From assembly GCA_050084985.1 (NCBI GenBank), contig JBITNC010000001.1, positions 29,140,001 through 29,204,000 of the forward strand: DNA of 64,000 nucleotides, read 5' to 3'. Positions 13,020-28,024 of this stretch are shown here, piece by piece (the stretch's first letter is position 1; every line of letters begins with the position of its first letter). A program made the position numbers and the translations under genes. Below the pieces are notes generated by a model that saw nothing but the letters and a program-made list of their open reading frames with translations, searched no databases and had not been told where the DNA came from. The stretch is from Nageia nagi. Its lineage: Eukaryota; Plantae; Pinophyta.

Positions 13020-14055
13020 GGGATAACACATGTAGAGGTCATACAAAGGGATAAACATCATATGGCCATTTTACTCAAGTGATAGGTACTAGTTATAACC
13101 TTCCATATTTCAATAAGGGATATGATGATTACCTAAGAGGATGTTTACATGATATATAGGCTATTTATAGAGGAATTTCAAATCTTACTCATGACCATAG
13201 ACATGTAGGCAACTATGATGAGCCCCTACTTTCGTGATGGGTGGTGTACTATTGACATTGATCATGGGGTATTCTCATTGAGTTAATATATTGATAGGGT
13301 AGGTTGTTGCTATGACAAGCTATTTTGATGTGTTACATTTTTGGATTAGCCTTACTTGACTCCTTTGGGGTGCAATTCCCATGGAACCTATTAGATGTGG
13401 TCAGAGTGATGGTAGATAGAGATGTCGTGTTTGTGTGGGCTCCCACACTATTGGCTTGGACATATAGGAATGTATTTGGTTTTTATGATCAAGGACGAGG
13501 AGGATGAAGTTGTATGACACTTATTTGCATATAGGTGTGGGAGCATATTCATGTGAAGAGGCCACACAACCTCCCATATGATGCACATGATCTCATGCAA
13601 CCTCAAGGGGACATAGTGAGATGGAGGGAGGATTAGAAGCCCATGAGGAGGAGGCCTCATAAGGTAAATACAAAATATTACAGATAAGTTTTGTAGAGAT
13701 TGATTCTCAATCAAATACTATGGAAATCATATTTACATAAGCCATAGTGGCTTGACATGACAACACAACTATCGTAAACACATAGAGAGCACTAGATCTT
13801 CACTAGATGGTAGGGCCACACAAAGGTCATCTAGTACATGAGGGTACTATGATAATTTGGCATTAAGCATAGAGTTCCTTATTTACCTTAGTTTTTAGGA
13901 GGCTACATTGTGAGAGAGGGCTACTTGAGCCTAGGATAGTGGACCTAAATCCCATTCCTAATGTGGTGATCTAGATAATGTGGGGACCATAAAGGACTAT
14001 GATAGATGGTGGGTTGAGAAAATATGGGTACCCAAAGGTGGGATACAATTTGAAA

Positions 14056-14090
<35 letters not shown>

Positions 14091-14250
14091 GGATGAGGAT
14101 GAGTATGAGGATGAGGATGAGGATGGGGATGAGGATGAGGATGAGGATGACGATGACGATGATGGTGATGATGATGATGATGATGATAGGTCCATCCCTA
14201 TCACAAAGGTCAAAGGGACCACATCCACAAAGTAGGACACATGAAGTGTT
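13020..14250 (+). pseudogene. Decayed PMD gene followed by a long D/E tract (third PMD copy; host element not resolved)
   Basis: ITFHISIRDMMIT*EDVYMIYRL (about 13095-13165) and FVWAPTLLAWTYRNV (ORF 13325-13507), then the GAT/GAG acidic tract of ORF 13999-14235. Confidence 0.7.
14056..14187. repeat. (GAT)n/(GAGGAT)n microsatellite
   Basis: Directly visible; reads as poly-D/E in the PMD orientation. Confidence 0.95.
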
Positions 14251-17047
14251 AGTAGATGTTAGCAAATTAGGTGGAGCAAAGAGTTCTATAATTGGGATGG
14301 TGATAGGAGGAGGAGGAGGAGTTTACGTACTCTTATATTTTCAATCCCAAAATATTTGACCCTCCTATTAGACCAGTGTTGACTTCTAGAGAGGACTCAT
14401 GGAGAGCAAGGGTGGAGAGGTTGAAGATATCCCTAGAGGAGTCAAAGGAGAGGAGGAGGATTGCAAAGACATAAGTCACCCAAAAGTTAGTAGCATGGGG
14501 GCTAGAGCACCTCCATACTTAGGGTCAGATTTTATTGTTGACCTAGGCAAGGGATGGACTATAGAGGTAGACTACCTTGGGTGGAGAAGGATAGGAGTTA
14601 GAATTAAATAGGAGAGAGAGATAGAGAGGTCAGTTGTAGCATATGATACTAGATAAGGATGAGGTGGATTTGATGATAGAGGTATGAATGAGAGTAGCGA
14701 TAGGGCTACAAGGACACATAGTGCAGTAGGGTTTATAGGCTAGATTGTATTCACACTTAGCTATATGATGAGAGGCCATGCAATAGCAATAATGGAGGGA
14801 GAGGTGAGAAACCTTAGGGTCAACATGATCAATATTATAGGGTGCACTATGAGCACCACAAAAAAAACATTAAAGATAATGGGAAAGAATCAAAACCTAA
14901 AAAATCAAATGAATGAATAAGAATGAAAACATATACATAATTTAGAAAAGAATAAAATAAATGAAAATATAAGATTAAAGGAAACTAAAACTAAAACCAA
15001 AATATAAATAAGATAAAGACAAGAAAGATAGCAAAAATGAGATAGGCAAATGAGGGAACAAAATAAACTAAGCAATAAAATGAATAAGTAAATAAGTGAA
15101 TAAATAGAATGGACACACATTAAAGACAATGGGAATAAATTAGGATAAACACAAAAAGATAAAAAAAGAAACAAATAAATATAGTTAAAGAAAAGAATTA
15201 GAAGTAAAAATAAAAGAATAAAGAAAAATATCACATAAAGATAAGGTTAAAAAATAGAAATGTAACATAGGATAAAATGTAACCTTGTGAAGAACTATGT
15301 GAAGAATAAATTCCTTGGCTTATTCTCATTAAGAGATAAAATATCTACTAAATGACCTAGAAATATAAATACAACAAGCAAACATACAATCAAGCAATCA
15401 ATAAAATAATAAAGAACGAAACTATAAAATCTTAGATGCAATAAGAAAGAGAGAAATAAGAGATTAAAAATTAAAGAAGGAAAGGAAAATAATAATGAAA
15501 AGGGTAAAACAAAATAGGACTGAAAAGAAAAGACGAGAAATGGAGCAATACAAGCAAAAATAATAAATAAGCAACCTAATGGTGAATATACAATAATTTG
15601 AAATGTATAACAAGGATGATAACTACACATGGATATTGACACAAAAAAGGTATATAGAAGGTGTGAATAGGATTTGACAAAAGTCATTGACTCGATGATG
15701 ACTTAAGCAAGAAAGTCAAAAGTCATCAAATTTGTTTAAAAGCCTAAATGAATTTGAAATAATATTAAGCCCTTCCTTGAATACATTTGTGTGTGCAGTG
15801 TGATAGTTATCTATTGAAAGCAAGGTAGGTGAAAACACTTAACCTTAATCAATTAGATTCTCCAAGATGAACAATGTTTGCCTACAAAAGTTGTGAATGA
15901 CACTAAACAATGGTAATCAAGATGAGAACCATTATCTCTTTTTTTTTTTTTTTTTGCAAATCCATATCTTATTTTGTTGGCTTTCTTTTTTTGCTAGTCT
16001 TATTTCCACTTAGATGGTGGAAGATAAGATATTTTCCCTATATTTTGGCTTTTTAGTGCTAATACAATGTACTTAAATGTTATGCTTAACGTTAATGTTG
16101 AATCTTCTCAACCAAATAACATTGTGATTTTTGCCTATACCTTCCAATGTCTAATTCTACCTTTATGAAATAATCCAAATTGATATCCAAATCATATGCA
16201 TATGATTTTCTTCTAAATTGCTCAACTTATCCCAAATATATTGAACATCCTAGTGCTAACACTAGCCTAGGCATGGACACTACTGGTAGCACCTGCCCTG
16301 AGATTATATCATGACCAAGTCATAAATTAAAATGGATTGCTTATCATGTAATGGAGATGACTATTAGTGTAAAATTTAACATTTTTGACATAAAGGCATT
16401 AATTACACACAATGTATCTCAATTTGCATGTCCTAACTTTCTTTTATATATCAAAAATTTGATTCATCTCATCACAATTTCTATTTTATCAGATGTAAGA
16501 GGTATTGGAGGAGTACTTCTCATTTTTTAAGTTTTTTAAAACTAATTACCCTCATTGATGTGCTTTGTTTGCCCTCAGCCTGTCCAGAATGAAGCTTACG
16601 AAGCAAGAGAATCATTGAGCATTTCTTCTTCACCACAATAGGGTTTCCATGCATGTCATAAGTTTTTCTATATCAAGATGCTATCATTTTATTCAATTTT
16701 GTTTCATATCCATGGTTTAATTACTTTCATTCATAGTCCAAATTGTAGGGTTAGGATTTTAAAAACCTAGGGCTTAAGCGTTTTCCATTTTTTTTCTCTT
16801 TATTTTGTGGTAATTTACACTTTTCACCATATAATTGTGTTTTTATCTCATGCCCCCAATTTTTAAGGAAAATGGTTGAAAAAGCCCCTCTACAGGAGCT
16901 AGTGTGGTAGTTGTAGAGATCTTTTAGTGTAATACCATACAATGTCCAATGATGTGCTTTACATATTCACAAATATTTTTCTTTTTATAATTTTAAAAAA
17001 TACACTAAAATGAAATAAGAAAATGCATACCTCTTGTTTGTGCACAG

Positions 17048-20000
17048 TGTAGACAACATTTGATGGAACTTGAGCCTCATATTAGCATTTGGCTTAAAGT
17101 ACAAACATGGTATGAGAAGCTCCACATGGATGATCTATCTTTGTTGTATCAAACTAGAATGGGTTATCTCATAAATGCACCATATGTGAGGGTAGATCAG
17201 GAAATTCTCACAACTCTTATGGAGAGGTGGTCTGAAACCACCAATACATTAAAGTTATTTAATACAAACAATAACCTAAATCACACAAGTGATTTAAAGC
17301 TCAAAATGGTTCTACAACTCAAAGGTAGAATGCATTCATTAATGAATGCTAATAGTTCACAAAACACCATAAACTTGCATTTGATTATTGATAACACACT
17401 CCAACACCAAAAACTTGAAACAAGATCTAAATACATTCTATAGGCCGTGGGCAACCTAGAATGTTCACTTCATCTTCCTCTATAAGCAAAAATGAGGAAA
17501 AGAAATGAGGAGACAAATTTTTTTAATAAAATGCAATATTCAGTACCAACTAGCAAATCGATTAACTAAAGGACTAATCGATTGGTTGGTTACATAGCCG
17601 ATCTGCAAGACATCAATTCTTTGAGTGGACGTGAAAGATAAAATAGTAAGCTTACAATTTAAGGTTTTGAGTACAATTAAGGTTTGATCACTTTGTGAAA
17701 CTCTACATACTCTCCCTTGCTGATAACAAGACCAACAATTAAGTCTCTTAGCATCACAAATTGAGATTTTGCAATGGATTTAGTGAATATATTGACCACT
17801 TGATCTTGTGTTGGACAATACCTCAATTTTACTATCCCTTTATCCACCAAATTTTGGATGAAATAAGTCTTCAAATTGAAATACTTTATTCTAGAATGAT
17901 GGAAAGGGTTTTGTACCAGCTTAATGGAACATTGGTTGTCACAAAAATGGTAGTTTCATCTTTTTGCTCCTCTCCAATCTCCTTCAACACCTTCCTCAAC
18001 CACAAAGCTTGTGTTGAAGCACTTGTTATAGCTACATACTCAACCTTAGTACTTGAAAGAGCTACAATGGATTATTTTCTTAAGGTCCATGATATCAAAC
18101 TTGATCCAAGAGAGAAGCAATTCCCACTTGTGCTCTTTATATCATCCAAATTGCTACCTGAATCACTGTCACTAAAACTTGTGAGTTTGAACTTGGAATT
18201 ACATGTATAATGTATTCCAAAATTGATTGTTCCCTTCACATATCTAAGGATTCTCTTCACTACCTTGAGATGGACAACTGATTCTCATGTATCTTGCAAC
18301 TAATGAAACACTGAATTACAAATATGACCTTGTGCTTGTTAAAAACATGAGGCTTCCAACAATGCTCCTATACTCTTTTTTGAATTACTTTTGGTGCTCC
18401 ATATTCTTTGCAAAGATGTTCTCTTCTTTTGTTTGATGTACCTCCAAGCCAAGGAAGTAGCTCATCAAACCGAGATCTTTCATTTCAAACTCATCCATTA
18501 TTTGAGTTTTAAATCTTCATTCATCTTGCTATTACTACCTATGAAGATCAAATCATCTACATAGAAACAAACAATCAAAATATCATATCCATGTTTTTTA
18601 AAATACAAGGTAGGCTCACTTACACTTCTTTGAAAGCCCACACTTTCAAAATATCCATCAATTCTTGTGTACCAAGCTCTTGGAGCTTGCTTCAACCCAT
18701 ACGATGCCTTCTTGAGTTTGTACACATAGTCTTTTCTTCTTTGAACCTCAAATCCTTGAGGTTGTCCTACATACACCTCTTCATAGATGTACCCATTGAG
18801 AAAGGCACTCTTTACATCCATATGTAATACTATCCAACTTTTGCTTGCAACCAAAGAATGTACTAATCTTATTATTTCTTATCTTGCAACTGATGAAATG
18901 TCTCCTCAAAATCCACACCATACTATTGTATGAATCCTTTTTCCACTAGCCTTGCTTTTTTCCCTTTCAATGCTCACATCACTCTTGCATTTTGTTTTAT
19001 ACACCCACTTGAGGCCAACAGCCTTTTTATCTTTGGGAAACTCACAAAGTTCCCAAGTATCATTCCTTTCAATAGCATCAATCTCCTCTTTCATAGCTTG
19101 CATCCAAACACTATTAGAAAAAGCTTCATCATAACAAGATGACTCAACAACAGTTGCATTTAAAACATAATTTGAAATAGAAGAATAAAGTGCATAATTT
19201 ACCATTTCTCCTTTGGGTTCTCCACTATCTTCATCTCTATAAAACTAAATGTTATCTAGCCTTGTGACTAGATATTTTATTTCTTGGTTTTGGATCCTTG
19301 TAATTTTCCTTATAGTGTTACCATATATTATTTGACTTTGTGGGTGATATTTCAACCATCTCTTGCCTTTTCTACCTTGATTCATCATCCTTGCATTGGG
19401 TGAGCTTGGTGCACTCACACTTGTTGGTGTTGTGGTGGAGCTAGAGGGTCTTGGTGAGCTTGGAACACTCACACTTGATGGCTATCCTTTATTTTTCTGA
19501 GTCACAACATGTCTATGTTGTACTTTTGAAGATGTTCTCTCCTCCATACTCTCATCTACAACCACTTTATGCTGCAATTTTTTATTGCAATATTCTCCCC
19601 CTTAATCAAAAATGGCATCTCTAGACATAATTATCTTGTGAGTCTTGGGATTATAGAATTTATAAGCCTTTGAATGCTCATAATATCCTATAAACACACA
19701 AGCTCCAGATTTGGCACCTAACTTTTTCCTCTTTTTTTCATTTACATGCACATATGCAAGACAATCAAACACTCTCAAGGGTTGCAAATTTGGTTTTCTT
19801 CCAAACCAAGCTTCATAGGGGGTAATTTTATCCAAGCTTCTTCTAGGAGACCTGTTCAAAATGTACACAATTGTTCTTACTTCAGCCCAATAAATATTGA
19901 ACAATTTCTTGCTTTGCATCATGCTTCTAACCATCTCAACCAATGTACTATTTTTCCTTTCCGCTACACCATTTTGTTGTAATGTGCAGGGAGATGTAAG

Positions 20001-23000
20001 GTATCTCCTAATTTCATTATCTTTACAATACTTAAAAAAAATCATTGCTACAATATTCTCCTCCTCTATCACTTCTCAAACACTTCACATTACATCCACT
20101 TTGCTTTTTAACAAAAGTTTTAAACTCCTGAAAACATTCAAATGTTTCATCCTTTCTCTTGATGAAATAAGCCCAACACATTCTAGTGAAATTATCAATG
20201 AAAGTGATAAAGTAAGAAGATTTACCAAAACTTTGAGTTTGCATAGGCCCACAAATGTCAGAATGGACCAATTGGAGAGGGTGTTTGACTCTCCATGCTT
20301 CTTCCTTTGGAAGCTTGCTTTTGTTTGTTTTCTAAGTGCACATCCCTCACACACATCTTTACAATCTTCTACTTGTGGTAGCCCTCTCACCATGATGGAA
20401 GAGTTTTCAAATCTGAATATTCAAGTTCCCATGCCTCATATGCCAAAGTGCATTTTTATCTTCAATTCCCACAAATACAAAGCCTCCATCCTTCTCAAGA
20501 AACTTTAGTGGAAAGAGTTTATTTGCAATCCACGTGAACAATAGTAACAATCCTTCCATCAAGGTTTTTATCATAAATTTTACACATCTTATCCTCAAAC
20601 CACAATTTGTAGTTCTTTTCTAGCATTTGGCCAATGTTCAATAGACTTTGTCTCAAATCTAGAGCATAATAAATGTCTTTTACCTTCATAGTTCCCTTCT
20701 TTGTTGGAACTTGCATCTCTCATTTTCCAACAATCTCCAAGCTCTTCTCATCTCCCAATATCACACTTGAACTATAGGAGTAATCAATAGAGGAGAGTAG
20801 GGACTGCTCACCGATCATATGGTTTATGCAGCCACTATCCAAGAGCCAAATTTCATCTTCAAGCTTTTGTGGGACTGCAGTTGAAAGAAATAACTATTCT
20901 TCACCATATCCATTTTGTTCTTCTCCATAGTGGATTGATTCACCCTCATGTGTTTGTTTCATACTGCATTCATACTCAATATGCCCAAATTTATTGCTAT
21001 AAAAATATTGCAAATTCCTCTTATCTTTAAATCTACCTCCTCTTCTGGATTTTTTCCCCCTTGATGTATATGTTGGTTCATTTTCTGTACATTGTTCTCT
21101 TCCTCTTCTTCTTCCAAAAGAGCCTCTTCTTCCTCCTTTTTCAGATTTGCCTCTTTCTCTTGAACCTCTATATTTTCTACTTCCTTGTCCTTCATTCTCT
21201 TTGATGGAGAATGCTTGCTCATCACTGTTTCTTGCTATTGTTTTTATTATCTTTAAAACCCTCTCTTCATGAGATGTAAGAGAGCCAATTAAATGATCAA
21301 TTTTCATGGTTGAGAGATCTTTTGTTTCTTCAATAATGAGTGCAACATGATCATACCTCTCAGTTAAGGTTCTTAAAACCTTCTTGATGACAACCTCCTT
21401 CTCTGTCTTCTCTCTAAGATTGGCCATTTTATTGACTATGGCTTTCACTCTTACACAGTAATCTCCAACAGTCTCCTTATATTCTTGCTTCAAATTATCA
21501 AACTCTCTTCTCAATGTTTGAAGTTTCACCTCAAGGCTCCCTTGGTAGCCTTCTCTCAATGTTGCCAATGCTTCTTGAGCTAAGACACAAGCTGAGATTC
21601 TAAAAAAAATTCCTCTTTTCCATAGCTTCTTGGATGGAGGAGAGAGCCATGAAATTTTGCTTCTCTTTCTTCTTTGCATCCTTCATTGCATCTGCACTCA
21701 TCATTGTATCCAACCTCTATAATATCACAATAGCCTCCTCCCTTCAGGAGAGTCTTCATCTAGATGCTCCAGTACTCATAGTCACTCCCATCAAACTCTG
21801 GAATGGGGATTGCATTTGAGTTATTTTCCATGTCTTCTCTTCTCTTCCTACATAACTTCTTGAACCCAATTTGATCCAATAAAGGTGCTTTACCAAATGA
21901 AGTTATTTAATACAAATGATAAATTGAATCACACAAGTGATTCAAAGCTCAAAATGGTTATGCAATTCAAAGGTAGAATGCATTTATCAATGGATGCTCA
22001 CAGTTCACACAACACCATAAACTTGCATTTGATTATTGATAACACACTCCAACAACACCAAAACCTTGAAACAAGATCTAAATAAATTCCACAAGTCATG
22101 AGCGACTTGGATTGTTCACTTTATATTCCACTATAAGCAAAAATAAGGAAAAGAAATGAAGAGACAACAACTTTTAATAATACGCAGTATTTAGTACAAG
22201 TTGGTGGACCGATTGATAGAAGGACTAACTGGTTGGTTGGTTACACAACCGTTATGCAGGATCTCAATGCTGATATGATAGATAAAATAGTAAGCTTAAA
22301 ATTTAAGGTTTTGAGTACAATTAAGGTTTGATCACTTTGTGAAACTCTACATACATTTCACCTTCCTATAGGTGAAATCACCATTATACTAAAGGACATT
22401 TATCGCATTCTCCATGTGTCAGTGAAAGGAATCATTGTGCAAATTCAAGAGGGTTTGATATGTAGGATAAAATTTGAGTTGGCTAGATGGCTTATGGGTA
22501 TGGATGAGTATCATGAGGGCAAGAAGGATGCTTATTTACATAGGGACTTGAAAACAAAGATGGAAAAGTTTATATGGGTAAGACTCATTATGATATCATT
22601 AATTGATAATATTATATATCTAGACAAGAATCATGAAGTATTTCCACTTGGACTTATTCATGTGGTACAAAGAATGTCCAACGATACTAGGTATGCATGG
22701 GCTCCATGCATATTGACACAACATGAACAATTTTGTTATGGTACAAAAGGGAGGTAAAAGAATAGCTCTCTCATTTGTTCTACAATATTGGCCTTACGGT
22801 CATATAAAAAAATTGACCACCAGAGCTAATTGTTTCGCTTATTGCTATGGATGATCCAACATGGTACTGATGGGCTAAACACGACAAGATAACAAGGAGA
22901 TACAAGAGCATTGAAGCATGGAGAATTCCTATAGAAAATCTCATACTATGGGATATGACATATTGTCCCTATGAATCTTTTTATTGGGAGGATGACCCTA

Positions 23001-24033
23001 AGAGTCAGCTAGGCTGGAAAAGAACACCTTGCTACTTGCAAACATGAAATACTTTTGTAGAACCCTATAAACCAAATAGACTTATGTGATCATTCGAGTG
23101 ACAACAAGTAATTGTACCATGTAGACTAGTGGTACGCATGGAGAGACACAAGACATTTGATGCTACCATAGATAAAGTATTGCCCAAGTGGAAAGAGGAT
23201 TGGAACCCCCCTCCCCAAGATGATGGCTCGGGAAGTGACACAAAGGGAGAGGATAAGGTTGAGGATGGACCTGAGTTTGATCAAGCCTACATTGATTGCT
23301 TGGTCATTGCATGGTTTGATCTACTAGGCATATATGCATAGGAGGATATGGTTGTAGCTTTTGAGGGAAAAAGTGAAGGGGATGAAGAGGATGAGGATCA
23401 AACCATGATGGACGAAGAAGAGGAAGAGTACCTACTAGGAAGGGGGGACCAAGAAATGCAAGGGAGATACAACTAAGGTGACCAACATGAGGAGAAGGAT
23501 GATCCTGTGCCTAAGATTCCATCAGCTATCCCATTATCTCATGCACAACAATTATTAGAGAATCAACTTGGTAAGCACAATTTCTTTTACTTGCAAATTA
23601 GTATCCATATTTGCAATTTCTAACTAATAAAATATATAACACAGTTTTATTTTGTTGCCACTCAATCTAAACTTGATTTAGAGGCTCCAAAGGTAGAAAA
23701 GAAAAAAATTGAAGATGAAATCACATAAGTAAAGATTGTACTTGAAGCCAAAGAAATAAAAAATGAAGAAATGAAGCATAAGATCATAGCTCTCAAGAAG
23801 GCACATGAGGATATCCAAAAGATAGAAGCAACCAAAGGAAGCAACAACATACTCAACATCATGCAAGAGGTGTCGAAGAATAAATATGAAATCCAAAACT
23901 TAATGCAAACAAATTCAAAAGTACAAGCTCATTTAGTTACCTTATAGGAGAAAATAGGAATGAGGAGGCCTAGTATGTCTATAACTAGGTATAAAAGTAT
24001 GTCCTTTGTACGATTTGAGCACTATTCATGTTA
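17048..24033 (+). pseudogene. Antisense PMD-acidic-coiled-coil gene of element 2, split by the Copia at 17250-22351
   Basis: Removing the Copia and one TACAT copy gives in-frame LMERWSETTNTFHLPIGEITIILKDIYRILHVSVKG. RYAWAPCIL at about 22690; acidic stretch about 23220-23450; putative intron GTAAG 23571 to CAG 23644 with TAACTAAT; K/E-rich coiled-coil frame about 23655-24030; acceptor-like TGCACAG ending 17047. Confidence 0.88.
17250..22351 (-). mobile_element. Ty1/Copia LTR retrotransposon, degenerate (Copia A)
   Basis: LTRs 17250-17707 and 21898-22351; TSD TACAT at 17245-17249 and 22352-22356; PPT TACTCTCCCTT at 17708; degenerate PBS next to 21897. Fragmented gag (20894-21679), protease DSGC motif, integrase (QQNGVAERKN), RT (MDVKSAFLNG, YVDDL) and RNase H. 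Confidence 0.96.
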
Positions 24034-25099
24034 GTGTCAAGGGAAAATGACCCTATGATAATATATATGTATGCAAGGCTCCTATGATGTACATTTTGGC
24101 CTTGTATGTTAATGAAAAATAGCTTCTTTTTGTCCTAATTACATTTTAGTTTACTATATTATGTAATTGTTTTCAATTTTCTTGCTATATATGTAAACTT
24201 TTAAGGATGTTCATGAATTTTATATGCAATACACACTAAACAACATAAAATGACATTTCAACCAAGTTTACCAAACCAAACACTTACATTTTAAAAAAAA
24301 TTTATGCAAATGATCCTAGCGATGGTGTTAGGGATGCTAAAGGAAAATGGCACCAAACTTGTTATGCAACCCTATGACTATATTTTAAATTGATATTTTA
24401 TATATTTTTTGCAAAATTTATCATAAAAAATACAATGATAAAATTACACTCATATGGCCTATAATACCTAAAGGAGATCAAATTAATGAAAATGACTCAA
24501 TTTACAAAAAATATATCCCTTCCCATTATGCATAACAAGATGAATCAATTATGTGCGTAAAAATGTAAAGGATACCAACACCAACGTTGGCATAGTAGAC
24601 CAAATACCCTCTAAGATATAAGATCCTAACCCTATTCATGACATTCTCCAACGATAATTTAACCAAAAATATTCAAATCATGAGAAAAACTAAGACAAAT
24701 CGACCAAGGAAAATTGCTCAAAAGTTGGAAGGCCAAGTTTTTTCTATTTCCACTCATAAAGCAATGATCAAAATTAATAGAATCCATAGAAAACACACAA
24801 GCTAATAATGAATATAAACATTACTTTTGAAATAAATCCAAAAAGACCAGTGTTAATGCTGTCCTAAACACCAATGCTAGTTTAAAGAGCATAGTCAAAA
24901 CAAAATACATAAAAAAAATGCGATAAATCAACTTAGCTATTAGTTTCAAGAGAAAAAATCAAAATCACAAACAAGAAGACTCAACACCAGCACTACTATC
25001 AATGCTAATGCTAAGGTCAAAAAGGCAAACATAAAAACAAACAAAAAAAAATATTTAACAATGACAACAACAAGAACAACACTTAGCAAAATTTGTACC

Positions 25100-26227
25100 T
25101 TTTTCGAAAAAGTTTGGATCCACTTATAATGTTGATTGATGAATCTTTAACTTTGACAAAATTTGGAAAAGGATTATTGAAATCCCCATATTCTTGTTTT
25201 GCTCATGTTTAGGTCCTTGGAGCTTCTTTGGTTTCTCTTTCTTATCTAATATATCATTCTTGCCCTTTGGTGGAGGAAAAATAACTTTACCCTTATCAAT
25301 CAAATCTTAGATCTTATGTAGCAAAGGTATGCAATATTTAATTGCATGCCCCATTTGCTGATGATACTCATAAAACTTATTAGACTTGCATTCACTTGGA
25401 ACACCACCTTTGGAGGTTGGTTGAGATATTGATGGAGTTGGTTTCTCAAGCATCTTTATTTTGAACAAGGTTTTCACCAATTCATCTATATCTTCATATA
25501 TTGAAGTAAATTTCCTTCTTGAAAAAAATGATATTATGTATATACTAATTTTTTTCCTTCTTTTCTTTAACTTTTTCTTCTTCTTCTTTTCTTTGAATTG
25601 GCTTCTTTTCCTCTTGCTTCTTTGATTGTATTGAATCAACTTTAGCCACCATATTAGCTTCTTTTTTGGTATTTTTTTATACCTTGCTTGAGGTTGTAGT
25701 GGTGTCTTATCCCTTTTTAATGTTTTCTCTTGTTTCCATTCACCACATCTAATGAGATATATCTTAGTTTCCATAATCTTATGCAAAACCTCATCTAAAA
25801 TAAGCTTAACATAATCACAGTATATTGCAAAGAATCCACAATCTTAAGATCATCCTTCATATTTAATTGGATAGTAGCCCTATTAAATATTTCACAAGTG
25901 CCTCAATTAACAATCTTATAGAAGTTGATGAATGCCTTCTTAAGTTGCCCAAAATTATCAATACTTCCATGAGGTAGCTTGTTCAACCATTTGAAGAGCT
26001 TCTCCCATCAAAGACAAAAGGAATAATTTTGCATGCAAATCCTCATCTGTATTAATCAAAGAAGCTTCATCCCTAATATTATGCACATGCATTATCGGAT
26101 CACCACTACCATCATATTTGGATAACTTAAGAACCTTATTTGTTTGAACCATCTTCAATCTAATTCTCATACACAAAATATTATTATTTTCTTCCACTTG
26201 TGGATTTTGGGTACCCGATGCTTCCAT
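25100..26227 (-). pseudogene. gag: Decayed Gag of element 2
   Basis: KLSKYDGSGDPIMHV...LHAKLFLLSLMGEAL; RRKFTSIYEDIDELV; FYEYHQQMGHAIKYCIPLLHKI; NNPFPN-like motif near 25170. All are homologous to element 1 gag. Confidence 0.85.
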
Positions 26228-28024
26228 CTCCTTTTGAAGAGCAATGATCTCTTCTCAAAAAGAATTTGATTCTGAAATCTTACATTGATCTTACTTTTGA
26301 ATTGGATCTGAACATTATGCATCAGGTTCTTCTTCAGTATTCTCTGAAATACCATCAAATATCCTGATGTCAACATATGGGACTGTATGCTCAAACACTC
26401 ATCTTCTAGTATCCATGTCTTCCTTAAACCTTTTTACCACAAAATTGATACAACATACCATATTATCATAAGATAATTTAAGCAAATCTTCTTCATTGAA
26501 TTTATGCAACTCTCTACACTTAATATATTCTTCTTCTTCACTCCATCCAATGGTAGGTTGCATAGCTTAGGAATTCATAAATTAAGTTGTGTTCTTTGCT
26601 CTTCTATTGCATCTACAACATTTTCATTAGTATCTCGCATAAATTGCTTATCTCTAGGCTCAAAAGTTCCAATTTGTTTCTCATGATCTTACTTAACATT
26701 CAATATCCAACCTCTATAATACTTAATTTGTTGATCAAAATCTCATTTATCAACATGTGGCCACCCCTTTTCATGAAGAAATATAATCTTGATCCTATTA
26801 TCTTCGGATGACTAATCAGAATAAGGGAAATCCATTTCATTCATTACCTTCTAAAATTATGCTTGTGGTTCTGTAGGCTCCTCACTACCTATTTCTTCAT
26901 CAAAATCAACATCCTCACCATCATATTATTCTTTTATAGCATCCAAATCTTCAACATTGTCAACTTGGAAAAATGATGGCAGCTCCTATGTTTTCTCTAT
27001 TGGTTGTGCTTCTATATGTTTTTCAATATTTTCTTATTCTTCTTCACCCTCCTGATGAAGCAATTCTCCTAATGTGACTTGAGGCATAGTGTTAATGCTA
27101 TGCTCCATAACTACAATGGTCACTTCTCTTTAAAAGACAACCTTTGTTTCAACTTTAGGGACTATAGGTTGAGCCTCTTTAATTTTTTCTATAGAAACAT
27201 GCACATCAACACTGATAATAGAATCCATGCTAAGATTCTCAAGACTTAACGACTACATAGGTTGTGGCACTTTAGATCTCCATGAGAAAAACCTAAAATT
27301 TGGTCTTCCTGGAGTCATGGTCATTGCATTTACACTATTATTCCTTTGAAAAGAAAACTCCTTATCATGCCATAATGACCTTTTCTTGATCACTTCTTCA
27401 ATAGGTAACTCCTTAAGCAATCTAATAAATCAACATCTAATTTCTCTAGAGCTCCTAACTTATCTAAAAGTATCATCATCACTCAATACTACCGTAATAT
27501 CTATTTATTGATAAGGGGTTTAGTTGTGGATCTGTTGGGGTTTTAGGATCTTCATCATCAGTCTGAATCTCTGTATTAACTTCTCTTGGAATCGTTTGAA
27601 CTTAATATAGAGCTCTCACAATTGAAAGGACTCTCATCCATGTTCTCTTGATAAGCTTCAACATATGACTCATCATGGTTAATAATTCTAAATTTAGCAA
27701 GTTGATGTTTCTTTTGAATCCTTTCACTTATTCTCTTTATAATATAAAGCCTAGAAATTTTTCTTTTCTTTTGAGAATCTTTGCATATATCATTAGTAGG
27801 CTCCCAATAAATATATACACTTAACATTTTTATAGAATATGGTTAGTTTCAAAATCAAATATTTCAACCCTAATTAAGAGATGGATATGCTATAAATGAA
27901 GAAAAAGGACCATTACAGAATATTGAAACATCAGATAACAGATTGCATTACTATGGAGCAAGATTACAATCCTTTGAACTTCATAACATTTCAAAAACCT
28001 TTAAACAGTTTCTGGAGCCAAACT

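Noticed and set aside
13945-14359. Poly-Ile, poly-Ser and poly-Met ORFs
   Set aside because: Alternative frames of the GAT microsatellite.
14905-15687. Very hydrophobic F/L-rich ORFs (env-like or membrane proteins)
   Set aside because: Explained by extreme A-richness of the plus strand; no conserved motif.
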